From NCBI RefSeq assembly GCF_018977255.1, contig NW_024704758.1, positions 5,704,001-5,768,000 on the forward strand: DNA of 64,000 nucleotides, in the 5' to 3' direction. This DNA comes from Callorhinchus milii. Its lineage: Eukaryota. The notes under the pieces are model-generated. The model did no database searches, was not told the origin of the DNA, and saw nothing but the letters and a program-made list of their open reading frames with translations. A program made the position numbers and the translations under genes. Shown one piece after another: positions 43,143 through 56,427 of this stretch (the first letter of the stretch is position 1; the number at the start of each line of letters is the position of its first letter).

Positions 43143-46100
43143 CACACAGAGGGAGAGAGAGGTAGAGGACAAAACACTGGGAGAAATTCCCTTCTCTTTT
43201 AATGCTATGGGATTTTTAACATTTAGCTGAACACCAAGACGGGATCATGGTTTAACATCTCAACTGAAAGACTCCAGCATTGCAGGGCTCCCCCAGCTCA
43301 CACTGCAGCGTCATCCTAGATTGTAATGAAGGAAATTATTATTTGAAATTGAAACCATTGTCGACAACCAAATTCTTTATAAGATATTATCAACTCATTT
43401 CCTTATTACAAATCCCTACACTAGACTGTAAGTTCAGGTCCTGATGTGAACTCACAACTTTCTGGACAAGAGATAACAGAGCATATATAATAGTTTCAAA
43501 TATTATATTTTAATATTATGTATTTGTCAGAAATCACCAGATTATTTCTAATCTACAAAATAATAAATCCCCTTTGACCATGTGATTGTGGAGCCCTGAA
43601 TAAAGCCTCCCTTCACAAACAGCTTCAACTCTCCCTCTGGAGATTAACTGTTCATTTCAAACTCTCCTCATTGGTAAAATCATTTGCTTCACCTGAATAT
43701 TTCTACAGTTATGTGTGAGGGAGAGAGAGAGATTAGACAGTGCAGCACTTACCCCCTTTAACGTGTAATGTTCCAATTTTAGCTTCCTTCAGAGATCCCT
43801 TCAGAGCCTCGTGTTTAATTTGAACAATCAACTCAGTGCCATCATCCCTGGATACATCAGCACACATGGTAACGTCGCACCTCACACCGAAAGTCCCAGT
43901 TGTTCCCTGTGTAATCACCGCCATCGAGGGAGTGATGGAGACATCCTGTGTGAGAGAGGTAACTGGAATGCCTACTGGCTTGTTTCCTGCAGGTTGTTCT
44001 TTCTCTATCGTCTGCCAATAAAACAGTTTCTCTGGTGTCCGCTCCCCTCCTCTCTTCAGTAATACAGCAATTACAATGGGCCGTGGATTGAACCCAGACA
44101 CTGACCAACTCAGAGTGGAGCAATCACCATGTGTCATGTCAGTGGGCAGCAGGATATCAGTAATTGTGGGAGGAGCTATAAAACAAACACAAGCAGCAGA
44201 TAAAGATTAAATCCAGTTCCAGGACACACCGCACTGCCTCACACACACTTTGCAATGCAAACCTGCAGCAACACTTCAGACAAAGTTACACACTGTTACA
44301 ACAATAGCAACTTCCATTTACACAGCAGCCTTCGTGCAGTGTAGTGTCTTGGAGCGTCTTTGAGTGCTTAACAATAGTGTAGTTTGACACTGAGGTGGGG
44401 AGAGAGGGAAGGTGATGGAAGGCAGCGTCAGAGAGTAAAACTCTTCAGGTATGATCTGAAGAGGGATAGAGGGAGGCAATGTGGAGAGTTTGAGGGAGGG
44501 AGATCCAGAGGTTCAGGGTGTTGTTGTTGAATGCCAGGCTGCCGATGGTATAGTACAGGGGGTCAAGGGACATGCAGACGACCTGAGCAAGTGATGGGAG
44601 CGGGTTGGAGAGGTAGGGAGGTGCTCTGGCAACAACAACAGGATTACAACAAGATTACATTTGTATAGCGCCTTTCACGTCGGGAGGACGTCCCAAGACA
44701 TCCCAAGAAATGATTTGTAGGCGAGTGTGAGGATCTCAAAATTGATTTGTTTAAGTTACTCAAGTCAGATAACGTGTCAGAGTGATTTACAGTGATGGGG
44801 GTCATACACTGAGCATGGGTACAGGGGGGAGGGGGAGGTGACCATATATATGGTCGTCTATGTGACAGAACATCAGCGTCACAAACAAAAATAACCATTA
44901 GTTCACAACTGATTGCAGGATAGAGTGACACATACAGTCACACGCCTGTACTACAACTCACGGAGTCCCACATAGAGAGAGGAGACCACACAGAGATAGA
45001 ACTTACCTGCAACATGTAATGTTACACATCCAGTGAGAGGATTCTCCATAGCCGTATGTTTAACTCTAACAGTGAATTCAGCACCATTATCCCTGGATAC
45101 ATCAGCACACACGGCAACGCTGCAATTCACACTGAAAGTCCCTTTTTCTGTCTGTTTAATCTTTGCCACCTCAGCAGTGAAGGAGTTAACCTGTGTAGTC
45201 TCCTTAACACTGGGGTTAATATCTGATGGGATTGTCTGCTTTTCTTTCTTTTGGATCTGCCAATGAAAGAGTTCCTTTGCTTCCTGATCCACTTTCCTCT
45301 TAACCAATACAGCAATTTCAATGGCCTGTGGATTGAAGCCATTAACCTCCCACGTCAGAGCCACCTTGTCACCGTGCACAATACCAGTGGGCATCTTGAT
45401 TTCAGTCATTGTGGGAGGAACTGTAAAACACAAGCAGCAGGTCAACATTATACTGTAATTCTGTAACAAGCCACACTGTGTCCAGCTACAAATCATAAAA
45501 TCAATCCAGGGGCTCACACTGAGGTCTCACATTGAGCCCCTGGATTCCGCTTGATCTTCAATATCAGGCTGGGCGTCAGGAGCACTTTTTTATGTCTCCT
45601 CACACTCTCTATCTGTTTCCCCCCTCAATCTACTTTCGTCTCTCTCCAAAGCTGAGAGAGAGAGAGAGAGAGAAAGAATAATACAGAGCGAAAGAGAGAG
45701 CGACAGACAGTGAGAGTTACAGAGAGAGTCAGGTAGCGTCTATATTGCTAGGGGTGAAGAGGAAGTTCTCAGATGCAACGAACAATTGAAACACTCACAA
45801 CCTTCTGACCAGAGGCGAGTGTTAACAACTGAGTCAATCTGTCACCTGAACTCACAGGGTTAATGGAGCATAAAATATGTCACGAGGTAACTATCCGAGC
45901 TGAGACAGTAACAATGTTCCAGGTGATTTGAAGAAGTGTTGAAGCAGCATGTCAATACGATCGGGTAAGAGAGAAGAGTAGAGAATTACGGTGAGAGGAG
46001 ATAGCTCGAGTGGAGGAATGAGCAACAGTATAGGTGTAACAAAAACAGAGAGAGCTGGGAAAACTCAGTGGGTCAGGCAGCATCTATGGAGAAAGGAAAG

Positions 46101-49100
46101 TGAGTCAACGTTTCGGGTCCATGACTCTTCGTCAGAACGAAACGTTGACTCACTTTCCTTTCTCCGTAGATGCTGCCTGACCTGCTGAGTTTTCCCAGCT
46201 CTCTCTTGTTTTTGTTTCAGATTCCAGCATCTGCAGTATTTTGTGTTTTGACCAGTATAGGTGTGATGGGGTGAATGGCCCTCTGTGCTGTAATTATAAC
46301 ATTGATCATAATTCTTGCATTTGATGTAACGCCTTATCGCACTGTTGAGACGTCTCAAAGCCCTCCACAGAATACACCGTAAAATGTATTGACTATATTT
46401 TATGGGCAAAATGCAGCAGCCAATTTCACACAGTAGTCGTGGATTGAGTGGCCAAGTTAGTATTTTTTGTTGTTGGAAGCGATTATTAACCCTGGATTTC
46501 TATGATTCTATATATTCCGAATGTTTGCACACCGACATGTAGGTGTTGCTGGGCGGGGGTGGGGGGATAGAGGTTGCACAATGCAATTCTTACCTTCAAC
46601 TTCGAATTTACAGATTTTTCGAGAGACGTTTTCAGAGTCTTGTGATGAACTTTTACAGTCATTTGAGCTCCGTCGTCCTCAGATACATCAGGACAGAATC
46701 CTATCAGACACTTTACACTGAAGGTCCCATTTTCGAGCTGAACACATCGTGGGGGCTCAGCAGTGAAGGAATTCACCCTCTCACATCCATCTTTTACATC
46801 TACGAGGGGAACACCTTCTTCAATCTGACATGACACGTTTTCATCCTTTGTGATTTTCCATACAAATAACTTCAGTTTTTGTTTTCTTTTCCTCGTCAGT
46901 AATACCACAATCTCTATCTCTTTTGGTTTGAATCCAGTAACTTCCCAACTCAGATCGGCATGCTGCCCATGTATAAAGTGAGTGGGTTTGTGGATTTCAG
47001 TGATCTTGGGAGGAGCTGTGAAACGTACAAAAAGTAGCATCAAATATTCTAATTCTCTAAAGATACCGGGGTAATGATCACCACATTTATAACAAGAATT
47101 TGCCCTTATATACCACCTTGCCAACATTGATACTTTCTCAAAGCACTTTACAGGAACTTTACAGTGTCCATCACTGAGCAAAGGGGCAAGAGAAAGCAGG
47201 GGAATGGTGACAGTGACCAAAAGCACAATCAAGCAGGTAAGTTTCTAGAAGGGATTTGGGTAAGCATTCCAGAGAGCGGAGGCCTAGACACAGCCTTTCG
47301 CTATGTCATTAGCACAATATCTGTTTCAGTTGATCATTGTGTCGGCTGATAGTTCTCTGTTGATAGAAAATGTGCACAAGAGCATTTAATGTTCAATAAT
47401 TCACCGCCACATTTGCCATTGTACTTTAGGACTGTGAAGATCCTTACCTTGAGTCCATTTCTTCCAAAAGCAAAATGCCGCTACAGCAAGGAGCACAATC
47501 ACCAGCAGGCCAACGACACCTCCAATAACAGCTCCAGGCCCATTTCCTGCAGGTTCCTGTGGTTTCTTAACTACCACAGTCAGCTCTGCCTCCAGTGTAA
47601 AATTATCACTGAATGCTCTGTGCTTCACCACACATCTGTACCGATTACCATCGTCGTCCAGGGTTGGTCTGATATTCAACTTGCTGGAAACACTGAATGT
47701 TCTGTCACTGTTGTTAACTACAATTTGTGTGATGATTCCTGTTGTAATCTCCGTCTCCACACCACGCGATACCTTGACCCAGCTGATCCCGTGAGTCTTT
47801 GGGTAAAATCTATTAACATCACATGTCAAAGCACCTTCCGAACCATTGTTGATTGTGAAGTGACGTTCAGACAAGGTAACCTTTGGCTTAGCTGTAGAGA
47901 TCACAAAATTGCCCTCTATTAATATTCTCTTTGAAGCAGCATTTTTATCTTCTACAAACAACATACACACCACTGACAACTCGTATTTACTCCAGCCTCA
48001 GCAACAGGAAGCTGGGAATTCCACCTTGTCTTTCGAAATACCTGAGTGGAATCTGGAGGACAATATCATGGAATAATATTATAACAATCCTTGCATTCGA
48101 TAGAGCACCTCACCATGTTATTGAGATGCCTCATAGAATGTTACAGGCCAGAAACAGGCCAGTCACCCATCAAATCTGCATTGCTGTTTTACTTCCTATC
48201 ACCATGACCCACCTAATGACACTTTCCAGCTCACTCCCTCAATATTCCTCTTTTTCAGTGCTTGGGTTGCTACCTTGTTCAAGGGGCACTATGTAATTGC
48301 AAACTTGTTGTTTTTTAAGCACCTAATCCCCCTTTAGAAAGAATTTACAAACTCTGCCTCAAGAATGGATAATGGCAGAGAGTTCCACATTACAGCAGCT
48401 GTTGGGTAGAGCATTCTTTCTACCCTCCCCTTCAATTCACAGAATCGTGGACATTTGCATTACAGAAAGAGGCCATTCATCCCATCGAGCCTCTCTCCAG
48501 CTTTCAGTGCAAGTCATTCATTGAATGCCACTGCCCTGTCATTTCCCCTTCAAGCCTCTCATATGATCTTCTGGAAACCCACATTGGACACTGCTTTTCA
48601 TTCTTTTTATGAGTCTTACCCCCTTACTTGGCAGGCCATTCCACATCCCAACAACTCTGAGCGAACAATGTTTGCCCAAGCTCTCTTATCACTCTTCTTA
48701 TGACACTTATAACCATACCACATAGTCACTTAACTCCCCGACTCATGGAATAGCTTTGTCCTGTTTAACCTGTCAAACCCTCTCATAATTGTGTACGTCT
48801 CTAGCATTCGTCTTGTGATTATCTTAAACCTGTATCCTCTTGTAACTGGCTCACCAACCAGTGGAAATAATACGTTACTATTTACCCTATCATAACCAGG
48901 GCCAATAGAAAATTGTGGAAATATTTGCCCAAAATTGCGGGGAAATTTTGCAAAGGCTGCGGTGGGGGGGTTGATTGGTGCTATTGAGGTACATTTTACA
49001 GGCAACCTACATTTTTTCACTTCATTGATGAAAACTAAACATGAAGAAATAACACATATTAAACTGTTGCAAAAAAAATTATTGCTTTCTTTAACAAACT

Positions 49101-51219
49101 TGGGTGACCCACTCTGGCTGTGGGGCTCGAGGAGGTCACCACCTCCTGCTTCTCAAGGCCTGTCACCACAGACACACACTCACAGATACAGAGAGACACA
49201 CTCACAGAGAGACACACAGAGAGGAGAGAGAGACACAAACACACACAGAGAGGAGAGAGACACACAGACACATACTCAGACACACAGAGGAGAGAGACAC
49301 ACACAAACAATCACAACAGCAGTGCCTCGGAGACAGCAAAGTCCATTTCCCCATTCAGGCCTACACTGGTGTTACCCCCCACCCACCCACCCACCCCAAG
49401 TGGACTACCCAGTTTTTGTTAAAGAAAGCATAGTTTTTTTTGCAACAATCTAATATGTGTAGCATCCTCGAAGCACTCCGGGATGCTACCCAGTGTGAAG
49501 GGCGCCATTTAAATGCAAGTTGTTTTTGTTGTTATTCCTTCATATTTATTTTTTATCAATAAAGTCTTGAGAGATGTCTTAGAGGGAAAATATAGAAAAC
49601 ATTTCAAAATGCGATTGAAAAAATAAAGCCAGAACTACTTTATGATGTATCAAGATGGCAGAACAAGAGGATATAGATTTAACAACAACAATTTGCCTTT
49701 TTGTATAATATAACGCCCTTCACGCAGGCTAGCGACCCCGAGCACTTCAAGGTGCTTGAGTCCGACAACGAGTTGCAAAAGGTAATTTCAGGACAGACGT
49801 CAGAAAGTATTTCTTTATCTAACGGCTGATTAATGACTGGAACAGGTTGCAAGGAAAGGTGTTTGAGGCCAGGACACTAGAATAGCTTGATGAATTGATG
49901 GAAGGATGGGTCTTCTGGAATGGATACGCTCAGATGGCCTGAAGAGCCACCTTCATCTGAACCAATCTTGTAAATACAGTATTACAAGCCGCACAATAAC
50001 ACACACACCCGGCGAGATGCTTCACTGTACTTACCTAACACTCTCACAGACGAACTCTTTTCTGCTTTTGATGGGGTCACATAAACAATACACTTGTACT
50101 CTCCTTCTTCCTCAATCTGCACTTTTGGGAGATGTAGCGAGGCATCGCCTCTCTTCAAGTTTTCTATTGTTACTGTTGCTCCGGATCTGAGTGCATCAAT
50201 AAACCCTCCATTAAATGAATAGACCAGTCGTTGAGTAGAGACAAATCTCCACTCAACAGCAACGAAACTAAGGTTGAGAACTGCCGGAGTGTAGCCGGTT
50301 ACCTTACAATCAAGGACAACATCTTGACCCTGAAAGACCTCCAGCTGGTCTTTAAATATTGTCATCTCCAATGCATCTGTGTAAAAACAGGAGGCATTCC
50401 AAAACATTAATGACAGTTAAGCATTTTATATGCCAGAATACCAGGTCTGAGTATCTGAGATTAGAAGCAGGTTAAAAGCCATGGGTTTGGGATTAGCTGC
50501 TGCTTCAAGAACAATGGAGAAAGGGAATCTCGTCCTCCTCATGGGTTTGGTGACAATACCAATCAGGACAATGTTAAACAACATGCTGGTGTGCACGTGC
50601 AGATAACGGCCACTTGGGCAGAGCACTGGAGCACAGCCAGTGCCTATGGAATTATACCCTGCAGGTTATCCAGAGAATGAGGGGTTGGGGCTTGTGTCAA
50701 AACTCTGCCGCCCGTGTCCTCACCCGTTTGAGACTCCGCATCCCCCATTTCCCCAGTTCTTGCATGACTCCACTGGCTGCCTGTTGCAGAACGGATCCAT
50801 TTCAAGATCCTCGCGTTCACTTTCGAATCATTTCCGACTCTGACCCCCCCCCCTCCCTACCTCTGCGATCCGCTTACACCCCACTCCATACCCACCGCCT
50901 GAGCTCAGCTGCAAGGTCTCGTCCCCTCAACTAAACCCGTGACGGCCGTGCTTTCAGCCATTACACTCCGAGCCTCCGGAATTCGCTACTTCAATCCCTT
51001 CGCTTTGCCTCATCTTTGCCCGTCTTCAAATCGCACCCGAAGACTTTCCTCATCGACCGTGCCTTCGGTCGCCTCCCCTCCCTCTCCGGGTTGCCGTGAA
51101 ACCACGCCGCTGTTTAAGTGCTCCAAGACACGACCGCCCCCCTCCCCCCCACCCTCCCCGTGAAGAGCGCAACATAAATGTAAGCTGCTGCGAGTGCGGA
51201 GAAACTCGTAATAAGCCAT
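37103..51219 (-). CDS. NCR3LG1: Gene A2: B7-H6/NCR3LG1-like receptor paralogous to A1, with 6 post-TM Ig-C1-like exons (multi-exon span)
   Basis: Leader, V, C1/TM and post-TM exons 1-4 are near-identical to A1. It has its own fifth exon, a diverged exon-7-like sixth exon and a longer terminal exon. Confidence 0.7.
37789..38220 (-). CDS. A2 post-TM Ig-like exon 6 (related to A1 exons 6-8)
   Basis: 432 nt, phase 1-1; 3' third diverged from A1 exons 6-8. Confidence 0.85.
39278..39706 (-). CDS. A2 post-TM Ig-like exon 5 (absent from A1)
   Basis: 429 nt, phase 1-1; VPPELNGP..LQCQVTRFTP..GSFRVNC..HEAL. Confidence 0.85.
41584..42006 (-). CDS. A2 post-TM Ig-like exon 4
   Basis: 423 nt, phase 1-1, paralogue of A1 exons 4 and 5. 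Confidence 0.85.
43753..44175 (-). CDS. A2 post-TM Ig-like exon 3
   Basis: 423 nt, phase 1-1, open. Confidence 0.85.
45007..45420 (-). CDS. A2 post-TM Ig-like exon 2
   Basis: 414 nt, phase 1-1, open. Confidence 0.85.
46594..47015 (-). CDS. A2 post-TM Ig-like exon 1 (422 nt, ends in phase 0)
   Basis: Same length and phase-0 donor as in A1. Confidence 0.85.
47448..47891 (-). CDS. A2 IgC1 + transmembrane exon
   Basis: 444 nt, paralogue of 19899-20342. Confidence 0.92.
50035..50376 (-). CDS. A2 IgV exon
   Basis: 342 nt; 3 nucleotide differences from the A1 V exon by manual comparison. Confidence 0.92.
51153..51219 (-). CDS. A2 putative leader exon (MAYYEFLRTRSSLHLCCALHGE)
   Basis: Same 67-nt ATG-to-phase-1-donor arrangement as in A1. 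Confidence 0.4.
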
Positions 51220-53519
51220 TTTCCCAATTTTCTGGGCTGCGCATCTGACTTTTGTCCACGTTGACACGACTTCTCCTGGAGACACACTCCCAATTGGGCA
51301 CTGGGCGGCAGTTGGGGAAGTGAGACCCCTTCTCTCAGACACAGTGGCGCTTCACAAGATTGGGCTCAGATAACTGAGGCTCTCGGATGTTCCCAATGTT
51401 ACTGCTCCAGTTACTGCACTGGACCTTAATATGACACATCACACACCAGGCAATCCGCACGGGCTGCGGAGAGTCGCGGGTCACTGAGCATTGAGTTGAA
51501 GACCCCACCCACAACCTCTCCTCATTGTGTAACTGCATCTGCCGCCAATTACTTGTCAACGCAGTCACATTGCAGACCGCAAAATGGCAATTCCTCCCCC
51601 ACTCCCCCTCCAAACCGCATCCTTTTTGCTCTCACTGCCCCTCCTATGCGGGTGGGGGTGGGGGGGGGGAGGGGGGGCTGAGGGGCTCCCGATAAGGGCC
51701 TCTCGCTGCGGTGCTGCGGCGGTGGTCCCCCGTTTCATCCGCTAAACCCCAACAGCGCAGAAACCCGCTCCGCAATCGCGGTGCGGCCGCTCCCGACAGC
51801 GCCGCTCAGGAGCGCAACGGGGAATCGGCTCAGCGGCGGATCAGCGTCACTGACGTTTGCGCCTTTTCTGTACCTGATCCCGCAATGGAAACCCAGAGGA
51901 TCAGGAGGAGGGTCGTCCCCTCGGAAGCTCCACCGGGTGCGGACATCGTGGAGGGGTTTGTGACCCCCAACGCGGTCTCTCTCCTCCTTCCAACGGCAGC
52001 GACTGAGCCGCACTTTCGCTTTCGTTCTGTCTCGTGATTTCTCGGAAATGGGTTATGTTCTCAGCGCTGCGATTGCACTGTTGTGTTTTCAGCTGAAATT
52101 CAATTGCAAAAGAAGCTGTTGCGATTTCTGGGGAAAGGAAGATCAACACCAGAGGGGAGATAGCGTCTGGGAGCACTTCACCCGTCAACTCTATTGATTG
52201 TAGTGATTGGTGTGATGATAATCTTTGCGTTCGATAGATAATAATCCTTGTGTTCGATACAGCGCCCCATCGCGTCGTTGAGAGGTCTGAAAGCGCTTCA
52301 CGGAATATACTGTAAAAGTGTATATTTTGTGGGGGGGAATGCGAGTTGAACGGCACTCTGGTCCCTTCTCCCTTCTCCTCAAGGACAGCACAGTCCCAAT
52401 GCATATGCCAAGTTTGTCGCATGTAAGACACGTACCCGAAACCTTTATGGTTCTGAATTACACCTGACTTTGGAGTCTCTCCTTCAGATGAGCTCCCATC
52501 CCTAGATAAGATGTACAACTGAGGTCCAGTCTGCCTTTCTCACGTTTTCCTCCAAAGACAGCACCTCTGAAAATGCAGCGCCCCCACCATCATCACTGCA
52601 CTGGAGTGCCGGCCTAGAAATGCAAGTTCAAGAGTGTGACGATTGTGAGTGTAACTGCTACCAACTGTGGCAGAGATCCAGGTAGGTTTTATGGTGGAAT
52701 TTGAAGACGTATAGTGAGGGGGGCAAGACAGACGTATGGAGGCAGGGAGTTCCAGAGATTAGGGGTATAGTGGATGAAAACATGGGGAATGGCAGAGGAG
52801 TGAAGTACAAGCTGGTCATAGGCAAAGGATGTGCCAGGGCAAGAAGGGATTGATATGTAAGAGGAGGACCTTCAAGTTGATCCATTCAAACCCTTCCAGG
52901 ACAGCCCCTTTATCTCCACCTGAATCACAAGAGACTGAACTAAATTAGTAATGCGCCTGGAAAACAAGAACAATGAACAGTGGTCTGAAAATAAGTAATA
53001 AAATTGTATTAAATTTACAATAGTGTTTATTCAGAAAACAGAGTAAAATACAGATCATTGGAAGTCAGATCTTGGTTGTCCAATAGTTACAAACTCTCAA
53101 GACCTATAACCTATGTTATTTGAGTGGAACTGTAAATGGTGTGATTTTCTCCACATTCCAAAAATAAGAAATAAAAGAAGAAGATGCAAATGGAAACTGA
53201 TTTTTTGCATTCGAAAAGACACAACCTCCTCCCCATTGATAATAAAAGTCAGAAATGCACTGTGAGTCAACTAGTATAAAGAGGAGACATCCAAAATGTA
53301 CCTACATGTTCCCCACTAAATCTCCCTAATTAAAATGAGAGGTTCAAATAGAGAATATCTGACCAGACAGACACAATCATCTGCAACCCCAACCAGAAGA
53401 CCTGAAGGCTTTGTTGGCTCCCTGGGGCCGGGGTGAAGGATGTCTCGGCAGGGATAGAAGATAATTTAAAATACAATGGCAAGGATCCATCCGCTGGTGG
53501 TACTTCACATCGGATGTAC

Positions 53520-53730
53520 TTCACATCATTCTACCGAATGACATCGGTAGAGTTGGCCAAGATGACTTGAGAAGGGAATTTGAAGAGCTGGGGTCCAAAT
53601 TGAAGTCAAGATCATCGAAGGTGGTGATATGGGGACTACTGCCTGTACCATACGACAATTGGTACAGGAACAAACAACTTAAGGACTTGAACGCATGGCT
53701 AAAAGAGTGGTGCGGAACTCAGGGGATTTG
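53520..53730 (+). mobile_element. CR1 ORF1 esterase (SGNH-like) fragment
   Basis: EFEELGSKLKSRSSKVVIWGLLPVP..LNAWLKEWCG. Confidence 0.75.
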
Positions 53731-54969
53731 TCACTTTTTAGTGCTAACAATTTTCCTAGCACCAACTTAAAATCATAGTTCTTAATAAAATACACCATGT
53801 TTTGGTCAGACGGGTATCTGATGCATGCGGAAACCCATTTCCATGCTTAAGGGTATCTAAACCAAACTGAGAATTCTATGCATGCCACCTACATATGGAA
53901 TTCCAATATTACTTCAACAAGAGTAGAACCAGACAGTCTTAAACTTTGCAAACTATTGAATTAAAGAGAGTTACTCATGTATCATGTGGCACTCTGTTGC
54001 AGAATGACATTGCCTGGAATTTCTCCACCCACTTGAACCCCAAAGTTAGAAAATGTACACTTTTTTAGTGCTGAAACAATGGCTTAATCAGGAACATTAT
54101 ACAATATGAAAGCTCTTTCTTTACATTGCTTCAGGAAAGAAGATACCAAAACTGGTCTTGTTCTTTGATACACCTGTTGGGCCAGTAGCTGTAGCCTTCA
54201 AACTATTTCGACTCTGTCATAGTTCATAGGTAAATGAAAACCTTAGTAGAGCAAGACACAGACCAAATGTCAATCAATTTTTGGCTTCAAATTTTATTTA
54301 TGAACAACTCGGCCTTTAATCCTGGCGGTGAGAATAGTCTAATGTGTAGACTTTTCTTAACTCTACTTTATCTACTGTACTTCAAGGGGAACTATCCCAA
54401 TCTCACGTCACGCTTTGTGTTTGGTTTCCTTTTGTGTTCATGTCATCTGATACTGCAGGCGCAGGTCAGGTTGCATGACTTTCAGTTGTTTCAATGGGTA
54501 CATGTACTACATGGTAGTCACACTGAATCATTAGTTTGTCAAGATCTCCGATTGATTCCCTGGACTGTGCAGACTCAGCCAGGTCAGCTATAGAGGCACT
54601 GGAAATGGTTTGAGTGCTGCTGGGCTAGCTAGGAGTTTCACCGCTGAATATTATCCAGTGCCCTCATTCCAGTTCCCCCATGGCACATGTGTATAGTGGG
54701 TGAATACAGGAACACGCTTGCTTGGGATGGTCCCACTCTATTCCACCACCCTTCCCCAGCACTGGATTGGATTGTCAGCCTAGACTGAGCTCAAATCCTG
54801 ACGTGGGGCTTGAAGCCACAACCTTCAGATCTCAGGGGGTGTGAGTGATAGTAGCTGAACCACACTGACATCTTAACCCCACCCCTCCACCATGGCAGTC
54901 TGACTCTTTTTGGGAGTGCTTGAGACCTCCCTCTACAGTGGAAACGGCTTTGAAAAAAGCGATACTGAC

Positions 54970-55284
54970 CTTTCAGGAGCAATGCAAAATCTTTCTCTTG
55001 AACTTTATCTGACGCTGAGTGAGTGACCTCACATATGATCATGTCTCCCTGGTCCCAAGAGTTTGGAACAAATTCTATTTGTGAAACTGAAGATTACAAG
55101 CTGTTCTCGGCGATCACTGGGCTGCTGTTGAAGACTTCCCCAGCGTAAGGCTCCCACTTTTTCAACCAGCGGATTCTGATTCCATCAGTAGAGTAATCGG
55201 TCAGAGAAACGCTCAACATTACTGGTTTATCAGCCTCTGGCTCTGCGGGGTCACTCCAGATATCTGATACATTGGGGTACAAAG
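54970..55284 (-). pseudogene. Orphan IgC1-like exon with an in-frame TAA
   Basis: 315 nt, acceptor tttctcttcgcag, donor G|gtcagt; ALYPNVSDI..LSVSL..IRWLK..ENSL*SSVSQIEFVP..DMIICEVTH; stop at 55094-55096. Confidence 0.75.
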
Positions 55285-55949
55285 CTGCGAAGAGAAAGAT
55301 CAGCATAGAAACATATACCAACAACTACTTGCATGTGTACGGCGTTCTTCATGTTGGATAATATCTCGGAGCGCTTCGAAGTAGAGCTGTTGGACGCTGA
55401 GCAAGAGAAAGTGGGGAGTGAGAGGTGACCATAGACACAGTTGAAGAGAGGGGATTTATGGTGGGACTTAAAGATAGATGGAGAGGTAGCGAAGTGGAGG
55501 CATGGAGGTCAGGAGTGAAGTAACTGAAAGCTCGGTCACCGATAGTGCCGCAAAGGGTAACAGAAATTTCTGCACCAAGGAGGCCAATTCGTCCCATTGT
55601 GTCTGGAGACGACTGCGCACTCTCTCCTTGAAGGGACCCCAAATTTAGTGACTGTATACTTGTAGGCAACTGTCCCCTTTAACAACAACAGCCAACAAAT
55701 TACATTTGTGCAGCACCTTTCACGTTGGGAGGACATCCCAAGGGCGACTGAACACTGAACAAATGGAACCAGAGTCCAGGACACACACAGTCTACGCAAA
55801 ACTTGCTGAACAAAAACAGAACAAACTTCAGGTGGATAGAGAGAGAAAGAAAGATAAATCGGGCTCAGGAACAAAGATTAAGCCTTTGGCAAACAGAAGC
55901 ACTTTGAACAACCCACAGTTCATTCTCCTTTGAATACGTGACAAACTCT

Positions 55950-56420
55950 GGTTTCAATTGCAATTACATTTTTGAGGTTCCAGAGAGAGAAAACAAATAC
56001 CCTCTGGGGTCGCAGCGCAGTGTAAGTCAATCGATCGATGCCCTGAATTCGCGAATGATATCTGACCTGAGTGGGCGATGCTGGCGGTCAGGACAACCAG
56101 TGTCACATTCGTGCGCCCTCTCCCCGGGGTCCAGGCACCGATGCCCCTCGAGACACCCCACTGGTCGGAGATACTGCCCTCTGTCTTGCCCCCTGTATCT
56201 TCTGATTTGTATTATTCCCGCAACAAAGGCTATGGGGCCGCTCACTCTCCACTCTTGCGGAAGTCACTGCCTTTTCATTCCTGCACGGATGCTTCTCTCT
56301 GTTTGCGTGAGCCCCGGCCAACGATTCCGCACCCACTCCCCCCCACCCACTCCGATGCAATCCGTGCGTAGTCTCGGGTCCTCACCTGTGCCTTCTCCAC
56401 GAACAGCAACTATTTTGTTG
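55950..56420. promoter_or_regulatory. CpG-rich region upstream of the dioxygenase copy
   Basis: Local CpG enrichment just 5' of the ATG at 56428. Confidence 0.4.
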
Positions 56421-56427
56421 GGCTGAG

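Noticed and set aside
3545-50376. Rearranging Ig/TCR locus or MHC genes
   Set aside because: V exons already include the G strand and end in splice donors. I saw no heptamer-spacer-nonamer RSS beside them, no J segments and no MHC peptide-binding domains.
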